The notes under the pieces: generated by a model
Seen by the model: only the letters and a program-made list of their open reading frames with translations
What the model was told of the DNA's origin: nothing
The model's database searches: none
Shown here: positions 18,122-27,412 of the stretch, piece after piece
Position numbering within the stretch: the stretch's first letter is position 1
How the letters are laid out: every line of letters begins with the position of its first letter
Translations under genes and position numbers: made by a program
DNA from: an uncultured bacterium
GTDB taxonomy: Bacteria; Abyssobacteria; SURF-5
DNA length: 60,673 nucleotides
Direction: 5' to 3'
Assembly: GCA_964607485.1 (NCBI GenBank)
Contig: CAZSKP010000029.1
Span: forward strand, 1-60,673

Positions 18122-21100
18122 GCAAGAAAAGGCCCAGAAAAAAGGCACGCTCCGCAGGTTCCATCGCGCTCTGCATGATAGTGAGAGACGAGGAGGCAAA
18201 CCTCGGCCGATGCCTTGAGAGCGTGAGCGGGCTTGTGTCTGAAATCGACATCGTTGACACGGGTTCCGGCGACGATACCATTCAGATAGCAAAAAGCCAC
18301 GGCGCAAGGGTTCGGCGGGAAAAATGGGCTGACGATTTTAGTCGCGCTCGAAATGTCTCGCTGCACATGGCGCGCACCGACTGGATACTGGTTCTCGATG
18401 CCGACGAGGTTCTCTCGCCCGAGGGGATTCCCAAGATAAGAGCCGCAGTTCGCAACTCGGATGTCAGCGCATATTTGCTTCCCACGCGGAACTACACGAA
18501 TGACCCGACCGTCGCGAATTTCGTCCCCAACGACGGCAGCTTCGGGCCTGCGCTCGATTGTGAGGGATGGGTCGAATCCCGAAAGATTCGTCTCTTCAGG
18601 AAGCTTCCCGGCATACGATTTGAAGGAGAGGTGCACGAAGCTGTCGGGCCGGCTATTCGGCACTGCGGAGGACGGGAGGAATTTCTCGACGCCGTCGTTC
18701 ATCACTTCGGCTACTTGGCGTCGGAGGATTCCCTGCGAAGGAAGACCGAAAGAATCGCTTCCCTCGCCGAGGCGAAATGCGCCAGCCAGCCTGACAATTA
18801 CCAGGCGCACTACGAACTCGGCGTCATCTCGGCCCGTCTTGGGAATCTTGAGAAGGCCGAAAGATGCCTCAGAGAGGCCGTCGCCCTCCGAACAGATTTC
18901 GCGATTGCGCACTATGACCTTGGGGTCGTCCTGTCGAAGGCCGGGAGGGATGAAGAAGCGGTCTTCGAATACCAGGCGGCTCTCAAATTCGACCCGAACA
19001 GCTCCGACGCACTGAACAACCTTGCGGATGCGCTGCAGCGTCTCCGTCGCTATGAAGAGGCCGAGCGAGCATATGGAGCGCTGCTTGTAAGGCATCCATC
19101 GCATAAGAGAGGCTGGAGCAATCTTGGGACGCTCTTGGCGTCAACCGGCAGGCAGGCCGAGGCCGAGCAGGCATTCAAGAATGCTCTTCGCATTGACCCG
19201 AATTTCTCCGACGCGCTGCAGAATCTTCGTATCCTCTCGGCCGCTTCGCCCGATTCACCTACACTGTGTCTTCTCATGATCGTGCGAAATGAGCGGCAGA
19301 ACTTGAGCGAGACGCTTCCCCAAGTCGCGCGGTGTTTCGACGAAATTGTCATTGTTGACACGGGGTCCGAAGACGACACCATGGAGGTCGCAAAGAAATT
19401 CACGGAAAAGACATTTGCCTTCCCTTGGACGGACGATTTTTCGGCGGCCAGGAACTTCGCCCTGACAAAAGCACGGGCGGACTGGATTCTCTGGCTCGAC
19501 GCCGACGACCGGATGACTCCCCGAGATGTGACCCTGCTGAAACGGCATATCTCGGGAGATAGGAAAGGTTACCTGATACGGGTTGTGTCGGATTCCAGCG
19601 GTTCCGGCACGGCGCAATTTCTGCAGCTTCGGCTGTTCCCGAACGTCGAGGGAATAAGATGGGAGGGACGCGTTCACGAACAGGTGCTGCCGTCGCTCCA
19701 ACGTAAGGGATTGGGTGTCGAAGCCGTACCAGACGTGACAGTCGTCCACAAGGGCTATGACGACCCCGCCACATTGAAAGAGAAAACGATACGCAACCTG
19801 CGCCTGCTGGAGGAGGAACGCAGGCTCAGGCCCGACGACCCACACGTGTTGCAGCACATCGCACAGGCGTACGCTCTGCTGGGCGATATCGACAAGGCCG
19901 TCGAGGCTTCAGAGGCGCTCGTCGATGCCCCTGCTTCGCAAGCGCGTGATGCGTTCCTGACTCACACCCTGAATCGGCTCATACAGTACAACCTCCTGTT
20001 GAACAACGTCAAAAGAGCGAAACACTGGGCCGACCGGGTGCTTCAGACCGACCCGCAGGACCGACTCGTGAGGTTCTTCCTCGGAGAAATTTGCTATCAG
20101 GAAGGCTCGCTCGTTGAAGCCATCGGTTGGTTTGAGCGGTTCTGCGAGGCGGAAGAAGTTGTCGGCTGCGCCCCGGTTCCGTGGCGGACGCTCACTGCGA
20201 ATGCGCGCAATTATCTCGGGCTCGCCTATGAGCGAATCGGGAGGCGCGACAAAGCCCGCTCGGAGTTTCGCGCGGCGATAGAGCTTGGAGCCCGGCTGGA
20301 GGCTTATAAGAATCTGGCGCGCATGCATCTGGAAGACGGCGACCCCGCAGGAGCGGCGTCGGTCCTGCAGGCTGCGACAAAGCTCGAGGGTGGTGATGCC
20401 GGGGTCTGGACAAACCTCGGTGTTGCGATGGCCCGATCCGGCAAGTTCGATGAGGCTGCAGAATCGCTTCGCAAGGCGCTCGAGATCGAACCGGCCAACG
20501 CGGCGGCAAAGCAAAATCTGACCAAGCTCGAAGGCATGGCCGGCCATGCTCCTTCCCTGGCGAAATCTTTCACGCTCAGCACGTGCATAATTGCAAAAAA
20601 TGAGGCGGCGAGCCTGCGAGACGCCGTCGAGTCCGTCGCGCCTGTCTCCGACGAGGTCATCGTCGTGGATACCGGCTCTACGGATGACACCGTCGAAGTG
20701 GCCCGAAGCTGCGGCGCGGTAGTGAAGACGATGGAATGGGCGGACGACTTCTCCGCGGCGCGCAATGTATCGTTAGGCTTCGCAAGCTGTGAGTGGATAC
20801 TGGTAATCGACGCCGACGAGGTCGTTGCGGCAGAGGATTTGCGGAAGCTGGCCCGACTCGGGCCGGAACCGAACGTGTGGGGTTATTCGATGGTGACGCG
20901 CAACTACTCGTCCGACCGGCATGTCATCGGCTGGCAGCGCGCTGACTCTTCCGATGAACTTGCCCGCGGGCAGCCGGGCTGGTTCCCCTCCACCAAGGTG
21001 AGATTGTTCAGGAATAATCCGAAAATCCGATTTGAGGGTCGCGTACACGAATGCGTGGAGCCCTCGATACTCAAGGCGGGCAAACGAATTGAACGTCTCG

Positions 21101-22695
21101 ACGTGCCGGTTCATCATTACGGTTGCATTCGCGACGACGGAGAGAAGCGACACTACTACCTGGAGCTGGCCGAGATGAAGGCGCGCGAAAATGTGCGGGA
21201 CTCACGCGCCAATTACGAACTCGGCATACAGTGCATGGTCGCCGGAAAGCTCGAAGAAGCCGAAATTGCGCTCGCGAAGGCGGTTGAACTCGACCCGCAC
21301 AACGAGGCTGCTCTCATCAACATGGGCGGCGTGAGGATTAAGCTTGGCAAGCTCTCTGAAGCCGCAGGCCTTTTGGAAAGGGCTGTGGCTCTCAATCCGA
21401 ATTCCGGCTGCGCGCACTACAACCTGGGGGTTGCACTCGAAAAGATGGGTCGTTTCGACGAGGCCGAGGTGAGATATTCGAAGGCACACGCGTTGGACCA
21501 GGACGACGCGAATGCACTCGCGAAGCTCGGCTACCTGTGCGCCAGGAAGGGTGACATGCAAGCGGCGCGTGAGCGTCTGGAGCGGGCACTCGCGCTTGAC
21601 CCGCAAAATCAGCATGCGCGGAACAACCTGGAATATGTCCGAACGAAACTCCCCGGATTGCCCCTCGCTCGGTGCGACCTCAGTCTGAACATGATCGTCA
21701 GAGACGAGGAGGATAATCTGAAGGAGGGCCTGGCGCCGGTCGCGGCGTTGTTTGACGAGATAGTCGTTGTGGACACCGGCTCGAGCGACGGCACCGTCGA
21801 GGCGGCCGAGCGGCTTGGCGCGCGGGTCATTCATCATCCGTGGAACGACGATTTCGCCGAGGCAAGAAATGTGGCGCTCAAGAACAGCAGGGGGAGTTGG
21901 ATCTTCTGGCTTGATGCGGATGACAGAATCGAGCCGCGTGCGGTGAACACGCTCCGCAAGTTCATCGCGAGGGGAATTCCGTGCGGCGCGTTCTTCCCGC
22001 TTGAGTCCGCGCTGGGGGATAACGGGTCGGTCGTTCAGAACTACACGCTCCGGCTTTTCCCCAACAGGCCCGGCATCGCCTGGGCGGGGGCCGTTCACGA
22101 GCAGATAGCGGGCAGCCTCCGCGCCTCCGGCATCGAGCTGGTCAACTGTCCCGATTTCAAGATTCGCCATGTCGGCTACGAAAAGAGGGGAGAGGCCCTG
22201 AGGAAGAACCTCCGCAACCTGAACCTGCTTGCAAAGGAGATCGTCGCAAGACCCGAAGATCCGTACATCATGTTCGCTCTGGCGCAGGCGTTCCTCTTCT
22301 GCGGACAGGTCCAACACGCCGCCAGATGGCTTCGCCTCCTGTGGAACATGCGGGGGAAAGCGGACGGGGCAGCGTGGAAAGAGGTCTTCTGGATGGCTGC
22401 CATAGTGCTCTCCGATTGTGCCGCGAGGTCGGGCGATGCGGCGGAGGCGGAACAATGGCTCGAACACGCCATCGAGCTTGTTCCGGATAATTGGCTGGCG
22501 CATTTCCTGCTCGGAGAGAAGAAATTTCTGGGAGGAGACCTCGCGCGAGCCTCTCATCTGATAGGCGAGGCCGCGCGGATAGGGGTGAGTCCGACAATTC
22601 TGCCCCTGGACCTGGATCAAATGCGCGGAAAACTTGAAAGGTATCTGTCGAAGCTGAAGGAGGTGGAGGCTTCGACCGCCTTGGGAAGAGTCTAG
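18118..22695 (+). CDS. 1525-aa multidomain glycosyltransferase: four GT2 domains interleaved with TPR arrays
   Basis: Four copies of xMIV(R/K)(D/N)E...VDTGS.D.T...W.DDF..ARN...W...DAD(E/D)...G.VHE starting near 18163, 19261, 20572 and 21678, each followed by TPR or helical repeats. Confidence 0.92.
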   Translation: MSKKRPRKKARSAGSIALCMIVRDEEANLGRCLESVSGLVSEIDIVDTGSGDDTIQIAKSHGARVRREKWADDFSRARNVSLHMARTDWILVLDADEVLSPEGIPKIRAAVRNSDVSAYLLPTRNYTNDPTVANFVPNDGSFGPALDCEGWVESRKIRLFRKLPGIRFEGEVHEAVGPAIRHCGGREEFLDAVVHHFGYLASEDSLRRKTERIASLAEAKCASQPDNYQAHYELGVISARLGNLEKAERCLREAVALRTDFAIAHYDLGVVLSKAGRDEEAVFEYQAALKFDPNSSDALNNLADALQRLRRYEEAERAYGALLVRHPSHKRGWSNLGTLLASTGRQAEAEQAFKNALRIDPNFSDALQNLRILSAASPDSPTLCLLMIVRNERQNLSETLPQVARCFDEIVIVDTGSEDDTMEVAKKFTEKTFAFPWTDDFSAARNFALTKARADWILWLDADDRMTPRDVTLLKRHISGDRKGYLIRVVSDSSGSGTAQFLQLRLFPNVEGIRWEGRVHEQVLPSLQRKGLGVEAVPDVTVVHKGYDDPATLKEKTIRNLRLLEEERRLRPDDPHVLQHIAQAYALLGDIDKAVEASEALVDAPASQARDAFLTHTLNRLIQYNLLLNNVKRAKHWADRVLQTDPQDRLVRFFLGEICYQEGSLVEAIGWFERFCEAEEVVGCAPVPWRTLTANARNYLGLAYERIGRRDKARSEFRAAIELGARLEAYKNLARMHLEDGDPAGAASVLQAATKLEGGDAGVWTNLGVAMARSGKFDEAAESLRKALEIEPANAAAKQNLTKLEGMAGHAPSLAKSFTLSTCIIAKNEAASLRDAVESVAPVSDEVIVVDTGSTDDTVEVARSCGAVVKTMEWADDFSAARNVSLGFASCEWILVIDADEVVAAEDLRKLARLGPEPNVWGYSMVTRNYSSDRHVIGWQRADSSDELARGQPGWFPSTKVRLFRNNPKIRFEGRVHECVEPSILKAGKRIERLDVPVHHYGCIRDDGEKRHYYLELAEMKARENVRDSRANYELGIQCMVAGKLEEAEIALAKAVELDPHNEAALINMGGVRIKLGKLSEAAGLLERAVALNPNSGCAHYNLGVALEKMGRFDEAEVRYSKAHALDQDDANALAKLGYLCARKGDMQAARERLERALALDPQNQHARNNLEYVRTKLPGLPLARCDLSLNMIVRDEEDNLKEGLAPVAALFDEIVVVDTGSSDGTVEAAERLGARVIHHPWNDDFAEARNVALKNSRGSWIFWLDADDRIEPRAVNTLRKFIARGIPCGAFFPLESALGDNGSVVQNYTLRLFPNRPGIAWAGAVHEQIAGSLRASGIELVNCPDFKIRHVGYEKRGEALRKNLRNLNLLAKEIVARPEDPYIMFALAQAFLFCGQVQHAARWLRLLWNMRGKADGAAWKEVFWMAAIVLSDCAARSGDAAEAEQWLEHAIELVPDNWLAHFLLGEKKFLGGDLARASHLIGEAARIGVSPTILPLDLDQMRGKLERYLSKLKEVEASTALGRV

Positions 22696-22701
22696 ACGAA
22701 A

Positions 22702-24024
22702 ATGAACAAGGACAAGAGAATCAGCCTCTGCATGATCGTGCGGGATGAGGAAGACTTCCTGCCGGATTGTCTGAACAGTGTGCTTGGGGCAGTCGATGAG
22801 ATAGTCGTGGTGGACACGGGCTCGACCGATTCGACTCTCCTGATTGCGGCCGAGTTTGGTGCGCGCGTCTTCTCGTTCGAGTGGACCGACAGCTTCAGCG
22901 AGGCCCGCAATCATGCGCTGGAAAACGCCTCGGGCGACTGGATACTCGTCCTCGATGCCGACGAGGTCATCGCGCCCAAAGACGCCGCAAAAATACGCGC
23001 GCTGGCCGACGGAAGCGCCGACGGTTACCTGTTCACATATCGCAGCTACTCGCAGAACAGCCACGACATCCGCTGGATGGCCAACGACGGCTCGTACGAG
23101 GAAGGCGACGGCTGGGACGGATGGATTTCCGGCGAGGTCGTCCGCATGTTCAGGCGGGACTCTCGGATCCGTTTCTCGGGGGCGGTGCACGAATCGGTCG
23201 ATCGTTCGATTTTCGGCTCCGGAGGAAAACTTGCCGCGACCGACGTCATAGTTCACCATTTTCACGAGAAGAAGGGGGAGGAGAGGCTCCGAGAGAAACA
23301 GCTCTGCTATCTGCGTTTGTGCGAGAAGAATCTGGGCACCTCTGTGGAAAATGCGAAGACGTATTTCGATATGGGCCTCGTTCACAGGTACATACTCGAC
23401 GACATTCCCCGGGCAATCTCATACCAGGAGCGGGCCGTTGGGCTCGATCCACATTTCGAGGACGCCCGCATGGAGTTGGCGCTTCTGTATCACCTCAGCG
23501 GCAATTCGACCGCCGCCGCCGGGGAACTCGCCGCGCTCCTCAACCGTAACCCGAAGCTTGCGCCCGCGTGGCTGCTGTGTGGTATAATGCTCGAGCGACG
23601 CGGCAAGATCGAGCGGGCGATCGAGTGTTATGAGCGAACGCTCAGGTTGAATCCGAATCTGGTCGACGCGCGCGTGAATCTCGGAACGTTGTGGCTCAGG
23701 AAAGGCGACGGCGCACGCGCGCGCATCGAGTGGGAAGTGGCTCACAGGATGAATCCGTCCAACACCCGCGTGCTGCTCAACCTCGGCGCGCTTGAACTGC
23801 GCGATGGGAATTGCGGCTCGGCCCGGCGTTTTCTCGAAAGCGCGCTGCAACGCTCGCCCGACAATGCTTCCGTCTGGAACAATCTCGGCGTGTTGCATGT
23901 GCGCGCGGGTCGCATGCATGAGGCGCTCGATGCCTTTGAAAAGGCACTTGCGCTCGACCCTTCTTGCGACGATGTCCGCCGTAATGTCGACGCCGTCCGG
24001 GGACGGGCGAACTCATCGCTCTAA
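22702..24024 (+). CDS. GT2 glycosyltransferase with C-terminal TPRs
   Basis: ISLCMIVRDEE, VDTGSTD, ARNHAL, LDADE, GAVHE, then about six TPRs. Confidence 0.92.
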   Translation: MNKDKRISLCMIVRDEEDFLPDCLNSVLGAVDEIVVVDTGSTDSTLLIAAEFGARVFSFEWTDSFSEARNHALENASGDWILVLDADEVIAPKDAAKIRALADGSADGYLFTYRSYSQNSHDIRWMANDGSYEEGDGWDGWISGEVVRMFRRDSRIRFSGAVHESVDRSIFGSGGKLAATDVIVHHFHEKKGEERLREKQLCYLRLCEKNLGTSVENAKTYFDMGLVHRYILDDIPRAISYQERAVGLDPHFEDARMELALLYHLSGNSTAAAGELAALLNRNPKLAPAWLLCGIMLERRGKIERAIECYERTLRLNPNLVDARVNLGTLWLRKGDGARARIEWEVAHRMNPSNTRVLLNLGALELRDGNCGSARRFLESALQRSPDNASVWNNLGVLHVRAGRMHEALDAFEKALALDPSCDDVRRNVDAVRGRANSSL

Positions 24025-24052
24025 ACTTCCGTCCTCATCACCGTGGCAAACG

Positions 24053-25189
24053 ATGGCCATACGTGCCGACAAGAATAAATCGGCTGCGCAACTGGACGGG
24101 CCTCGCGTCCTGCGCCCAGAGGAACGTCGCTCGGCCTTAGACCTCATCAACTCGGCCCTCCGTCCGAACGGTCCATCCACGATTCTCAAGGAATATCCGC
24201 TGGTCCTGGGTAAGGGCAACCTCCACAACATGCGCGTCGTCGTTAAAGGAAGAGAGGTGCTTTCGCACGCGGCGCTCTATTTCTCAAAATTGCGGTCGAG
24301 GGACATCGTGTTCGACGTCGGTGGAGTCGGGTCGGTAGCGACGCACCCAGAATATCGGGGCCGCGGCCTGGCCAGCGCCGTGATCAGGGACTGTGTCAGT
24401 ATTATGAAGGAATCCCATTGTCACCTCTCGGTTCTCTGGACACAGAGACACGATTTCTATAGAAAGCTCGGGTACGAAGCCGCGGGCTCCGAGTATCTGT
24501 TCCGGGCGAGAGCGTCGGATTTCGCCCACGTCTCACGCGACTGCAAAGTTGTTCCCTATTCGCGCCGCCGACTGTCGGCCATAATCGAAATACACGAGCG
24601 CGAAACCCTGCGCACGGAGCGGACGAGGAAACAATACGAGACCTATCTCGGGATTCCGAAAACAAAAACTCTGCTCGCCATGCGAGGGAACGCCGTCACC
24701 GCGTATGCCGTCATGGGCAAGGGCGAGGATTTCGGCAACTGCATTCATGAATGGGGCGGCAACGCAGGAGACCTGCTCTCTCTTGTGCGCGAGTTTACCT
24801 CGTCGTCCAGCTCTGGCGAAATCATGATTCTTGCACCGGCGCAAGAGAATGAGTTCACCCGTCTCCTCCGGCGAATGCGACTGACGGAGATGTTCGAATA
24901 TCTGGCGATGATGAGGATAATCGACCTAGAGAGCCTTTCGTCCCTCCTACATAACTGTCTGAGCCCCCGGCTTGGAGGGGAATTTCGAGTGTGGCGGAGC
25001 GCGTCGGGATTGATGATGAAGGCCGGAGCGGAGGAAGCGAAGGTCGAGCAGGAACAGAAACTCGTGCGAGTTCTGTTCGGGCCGGAGCCGGCCTCAAGCC
25101 TGCTTGGCGGATTTTCGCCTCAAACCCTTCGAGCGCTCGACGGCGCGCTGCCGATTCCGTTGTTCATCTGGGGACTCGACTCGGTCTGA
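24053..25189 (+). CDS. GNAT-family N-acyltransferase (Eis-like, tandem GNAT)
   Basis: VGSVATHPEYRGRGLAS motif A, FYRKLGY, C-terminal FIWGLDSV; start reassigned to MAIRAD (the longer ORF overlaps the upstream gene). Confidence 0.85.
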   Translation: MAIRADKNKSAAQLDGPRVLRPEERRSALDLINSALRPNGPSTILKEYPLVLGKGNLHNMRVVVKGREVLSHAALYFSKLRSRDIVFDVGGVGSVATHPEYRGRGLASAVIRDCVSIMKESHCHLSVLWTQRHDFYRKLGYEAAGSEYLFRARASDFAHVSRDCKVVPYSRRRLSAIIEIHERETLRTERTRKQYETYLGIPKTKTLLAMRGNAVTAYAVMGKGEDFGNCIHEWGGNAGDLLSLVREFTSSSSSGEIMILAPAQENEFTRLLRRMRLTEMFEYLAMMRIIDLESLSSLLHNCLSPRLGGEFRVWRSASGLMMKAGAEEAKVEQEQKLVRVLFGPEPASSLLGGFSPQTLRALDGALPIPLFIWGLDSV

Positions 25190-25371
25190 TCTCGCATCGC
25201 TCGAAATCTGTCGCGGGCATTCCGCCTGCTTTCGCGTCTGCGCCTCTTCCTTCTTCCGAACGACAACGGGGTAAGTGCACGCACGCGACTTCATATCAAT
25301 TGAAACGCTGGCAAGAAAAGTGTTGCTTCGGAGGGAGCATGGGCAGGATGATGAACGTGCAACCATGTCCC

Positions 25372-25479
25372 TAAAGGAGAGGAGGCTGGGTGCCACCCCA
25401 AACACCCAGCCCGATGAGGAGAAAGATGTCTGTGGATCGCTATGCGATCCATCTGCCCGTGTAGCAGACAAACATCGAG
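25372..25479 (-). ncRNA. Candidate sigma54-dependent small RNA
   Basis: Begins about 12 nt downstream of a sigma54 promoter. Folds by eye into a three-way junction, a single-stranded UUUCUCCUC, and a GC-rich hairpin with a CU-rich tail; no credible ORF. Confidence 0.55.
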
Positions 25480-25489
25480 CGGATATTAG

Positions 25490-25505
25490 AGCAATTCCTG
25501 TGCCA
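25490..25505 (-). promoter_or_regulatory. sigma54 (-24/-12) promoter
   Basis: Minus strand TGGCACAGGAATTGCT = TGGCAC-N5-TTGC(T) with exact spacing. Confidence 0.8.
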
Positions 25506-26104
25506 CAATATGTTGTCCGACCATCTGGGGGTGGTTCAAGATTATCCATGAACCTGAAAGATTACCGCAGAGCGCTTCGGTCCCCTCGCGCGGAAATGGA
25601 GCCGAGTCAACCAATTAGCGGGAAGCATTCCGATAAAGTCAATCAAGCTGGTTGTAAATCGCCTTTTCCGTTAATTTACATGGAACACAGCAAGCTGGCG
25701 CGTCTTCAATAGCCCAAAAAGTGTTTAATGAAACATATTAAAGCGTTTCAAGTGTTTCATAACCGTTTCAAATGAACGATGCCGCCGCGGATTAGGTGTC
25801 AATGAAAACAGCATTTCTGGGGGAAAAGAGTGGCCACAAACGCATATGTTATGCGCAAAGAGACTTCCGGTGAGAACGGCCGCACGCGGAGTTGCAGTTT
25901 GTCGGTGGGTGAAAATGGCCATGGGTTCATAGTCAAGCAGAACCGGGTGTCTCTTCTCCAATCTCACGCAATCCTCCAGCCCTCTTCCTTCATCTTCTTC
26001 TGTAAGCGGTTTCATTTATCCAGCTGAGATCGTCATCTTCTTCTCGGAGCGCCTCATTCTCTCATTCTCCCAATGGTGCGTGCAGGCCCAATCCCGCTGC
26101 GAAC

Positions 26105-26134
26105 TTGACATTGCGCGTCAAGATGTTATAGATT
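26105..26134 (+). promoter_or_regulatory. sigma70-type promoter for the acyl-CoA dehydrogenase operon
   Basis: TTGACA followed by TGnTATAGA/TAGATT; overlapped by the inverted repeat CTTGAC-N7-GTCAAG (possible operator). Confidence 0.5.
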
Positions 26135-26189
26135 CTAACCACCCGCCAAGCGTTGTGGTCAATCACCTCAAAGAGAATCGGGAGGAATC

Positions 26190-27344
26190 GTGGGAAAAAG
26201 ACATCCCATCTTCACAGAAGAGCACCAGATGCTCCGCCGCTCGGTCAGAAGTTTCGTCGAGAAAGAACTTGCCCCGCACGCGGACCAATGGGAGAAACAG
26301 GGCGGCTTTCCCCATCGGGAGGTATTCAAGCGGCTGGGAGAACTCGGCTTCCTCGGCATCGACATCCCGGAGGAATACGGGGGTTCGGACGCCGGCTTCG
26401 TCGCCACCGTCGTCTTCGCCGAGGAGATTGCCCGGTGCAACTCGAGCGGTGTCGGCGCATCCATCGGTCTGCACGCGAACATCGCGCTCCCGTACATCGC
26501 CGACCTGGGAACCGAGGAGCAGAAACAGAAATACCTGGCGCCGGGGGTAAGGGGAGAGCTCATCGGCTCCCTGGGCGTGACCGAGCCGGGCGCAGGTTCC
26601 GATGTCGCCTCGATCAGAACCAATGCCGTCCGAGACGGCGACAGCTACGTCATCAACGGCAGCAAGATGTTCATCACCAACGGTGGAATCGCGGATTACG
26701 TCATCCTCGCCACGAAGACCGAGAAAGAGAAGGGTCACGAGGGAATCAGCATGTTCCTCGTCGACAGGGGCGCGCCCGGCTTTACGGTCAGCCGCGACCT
26801 CGACAAGCTCGGGTGGCGTTCGTGCAACACCGCGGAACTCGCGTTCGAGGACGTCCGCGTTCCCGTGAGCGCGATGCTCGGAGATGAAGGGCAGGGGTTT
26901 TATAACATAATGATTCATTTTCAGGAGGAGCGGCTCTATATGGGTGTCGGCGCCGTGTGCGAGGCCCAGCGAGCGCTTGACCTCGCCCTTGAGTACTCGA
27001 AGGAGCGCGTTCAGTTCGGCCGGCCGATAGCCAAATTTCAGGTCACCCGTCACAAGATAGCCGACATGGCGACCGAGATCGAGGCTGCGAGACAGCTCGT
27101 CTACAACACCATCCGGATGCACATCGAGGAGGAGCCCTGCCAGGTGGAAGTCGCCATGTGCAAATTGTTCGCCTGCGAAATGGCCAACCGGGTAATAAAT
27201 CAGGCGCTCCAGATTTTCGGCGGCTACGGCTACATGATGGAATACCCGATACAGCGCCTGTGGCGCGACTCGCGCATAGGCACTATCGGCGGTGGTACCT
27301 CGGAGATACAACGCGAAATCATCGGCCGGTTGCTCCTGCAATGA
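26190..27344 (+). CDS. Acyl-CoA dehydrogenase
   Basis: TEPGAGSDVA, INGSKMFITNG, RVQFGRPI, QIFGGYGY, IGGGTSEIQR. Confidence 0.96.
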   Translation: MGKRHPIFTEEHQMLRRSVRSFVEKELAPHADQWEKQGGFPHREVFKRLGELGFLGIDIPEEYGGSDAGFVATVVFAEEIARCNSSGVGASIGLHANIALPYIADLGTEEQKQKYLAPGVRGELIGSLGVTEPGAGSDVASIRTNAVRDGDSYVINGSKMFITNGGIADYVILATKTEKEKGHEGISMFLVDRGAPGFTVSRDLDKLGWRSCNTAELAFEDVRVPVSAMLGDEGQGFYNIMIHFQEERLYMGVGAVCEAQRALDLALEYSKERVQFGRPIAKFQVTRHKIADMATEIEAARQLVYNTIRMHIEEEPCQVEVAMCKLFACEMANRVINQALQIFGGYGYMMEYPIQRLWRDSRIGTIGGGTSEIQREIIGRLLLQ

Positions 27345-27412
27345 GGAGCGGACAGAAGATCCCTTTTGCCTGGGTCTGCTGCCTTGCCGCCAGCTGAGTT
27401 GAGGAGGAGGAG

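Noticed and set aside
21202-23385. 727-aa minus-strand ORF
   Set aside because: Antisense shadow of the GT2-TPR genes. The same applies to 49776..51470, 41350..42558, 32579..33880 and 26163..27449.
25094-26027. ORFs of 65-151 aa in the gap after the GNAT gene
   Set aside because: No family motifs or convincing SD; they cross the sigma54 promoter and RNA hairpins. A short real peptide near 25900-26070 cannot be fully excluded.
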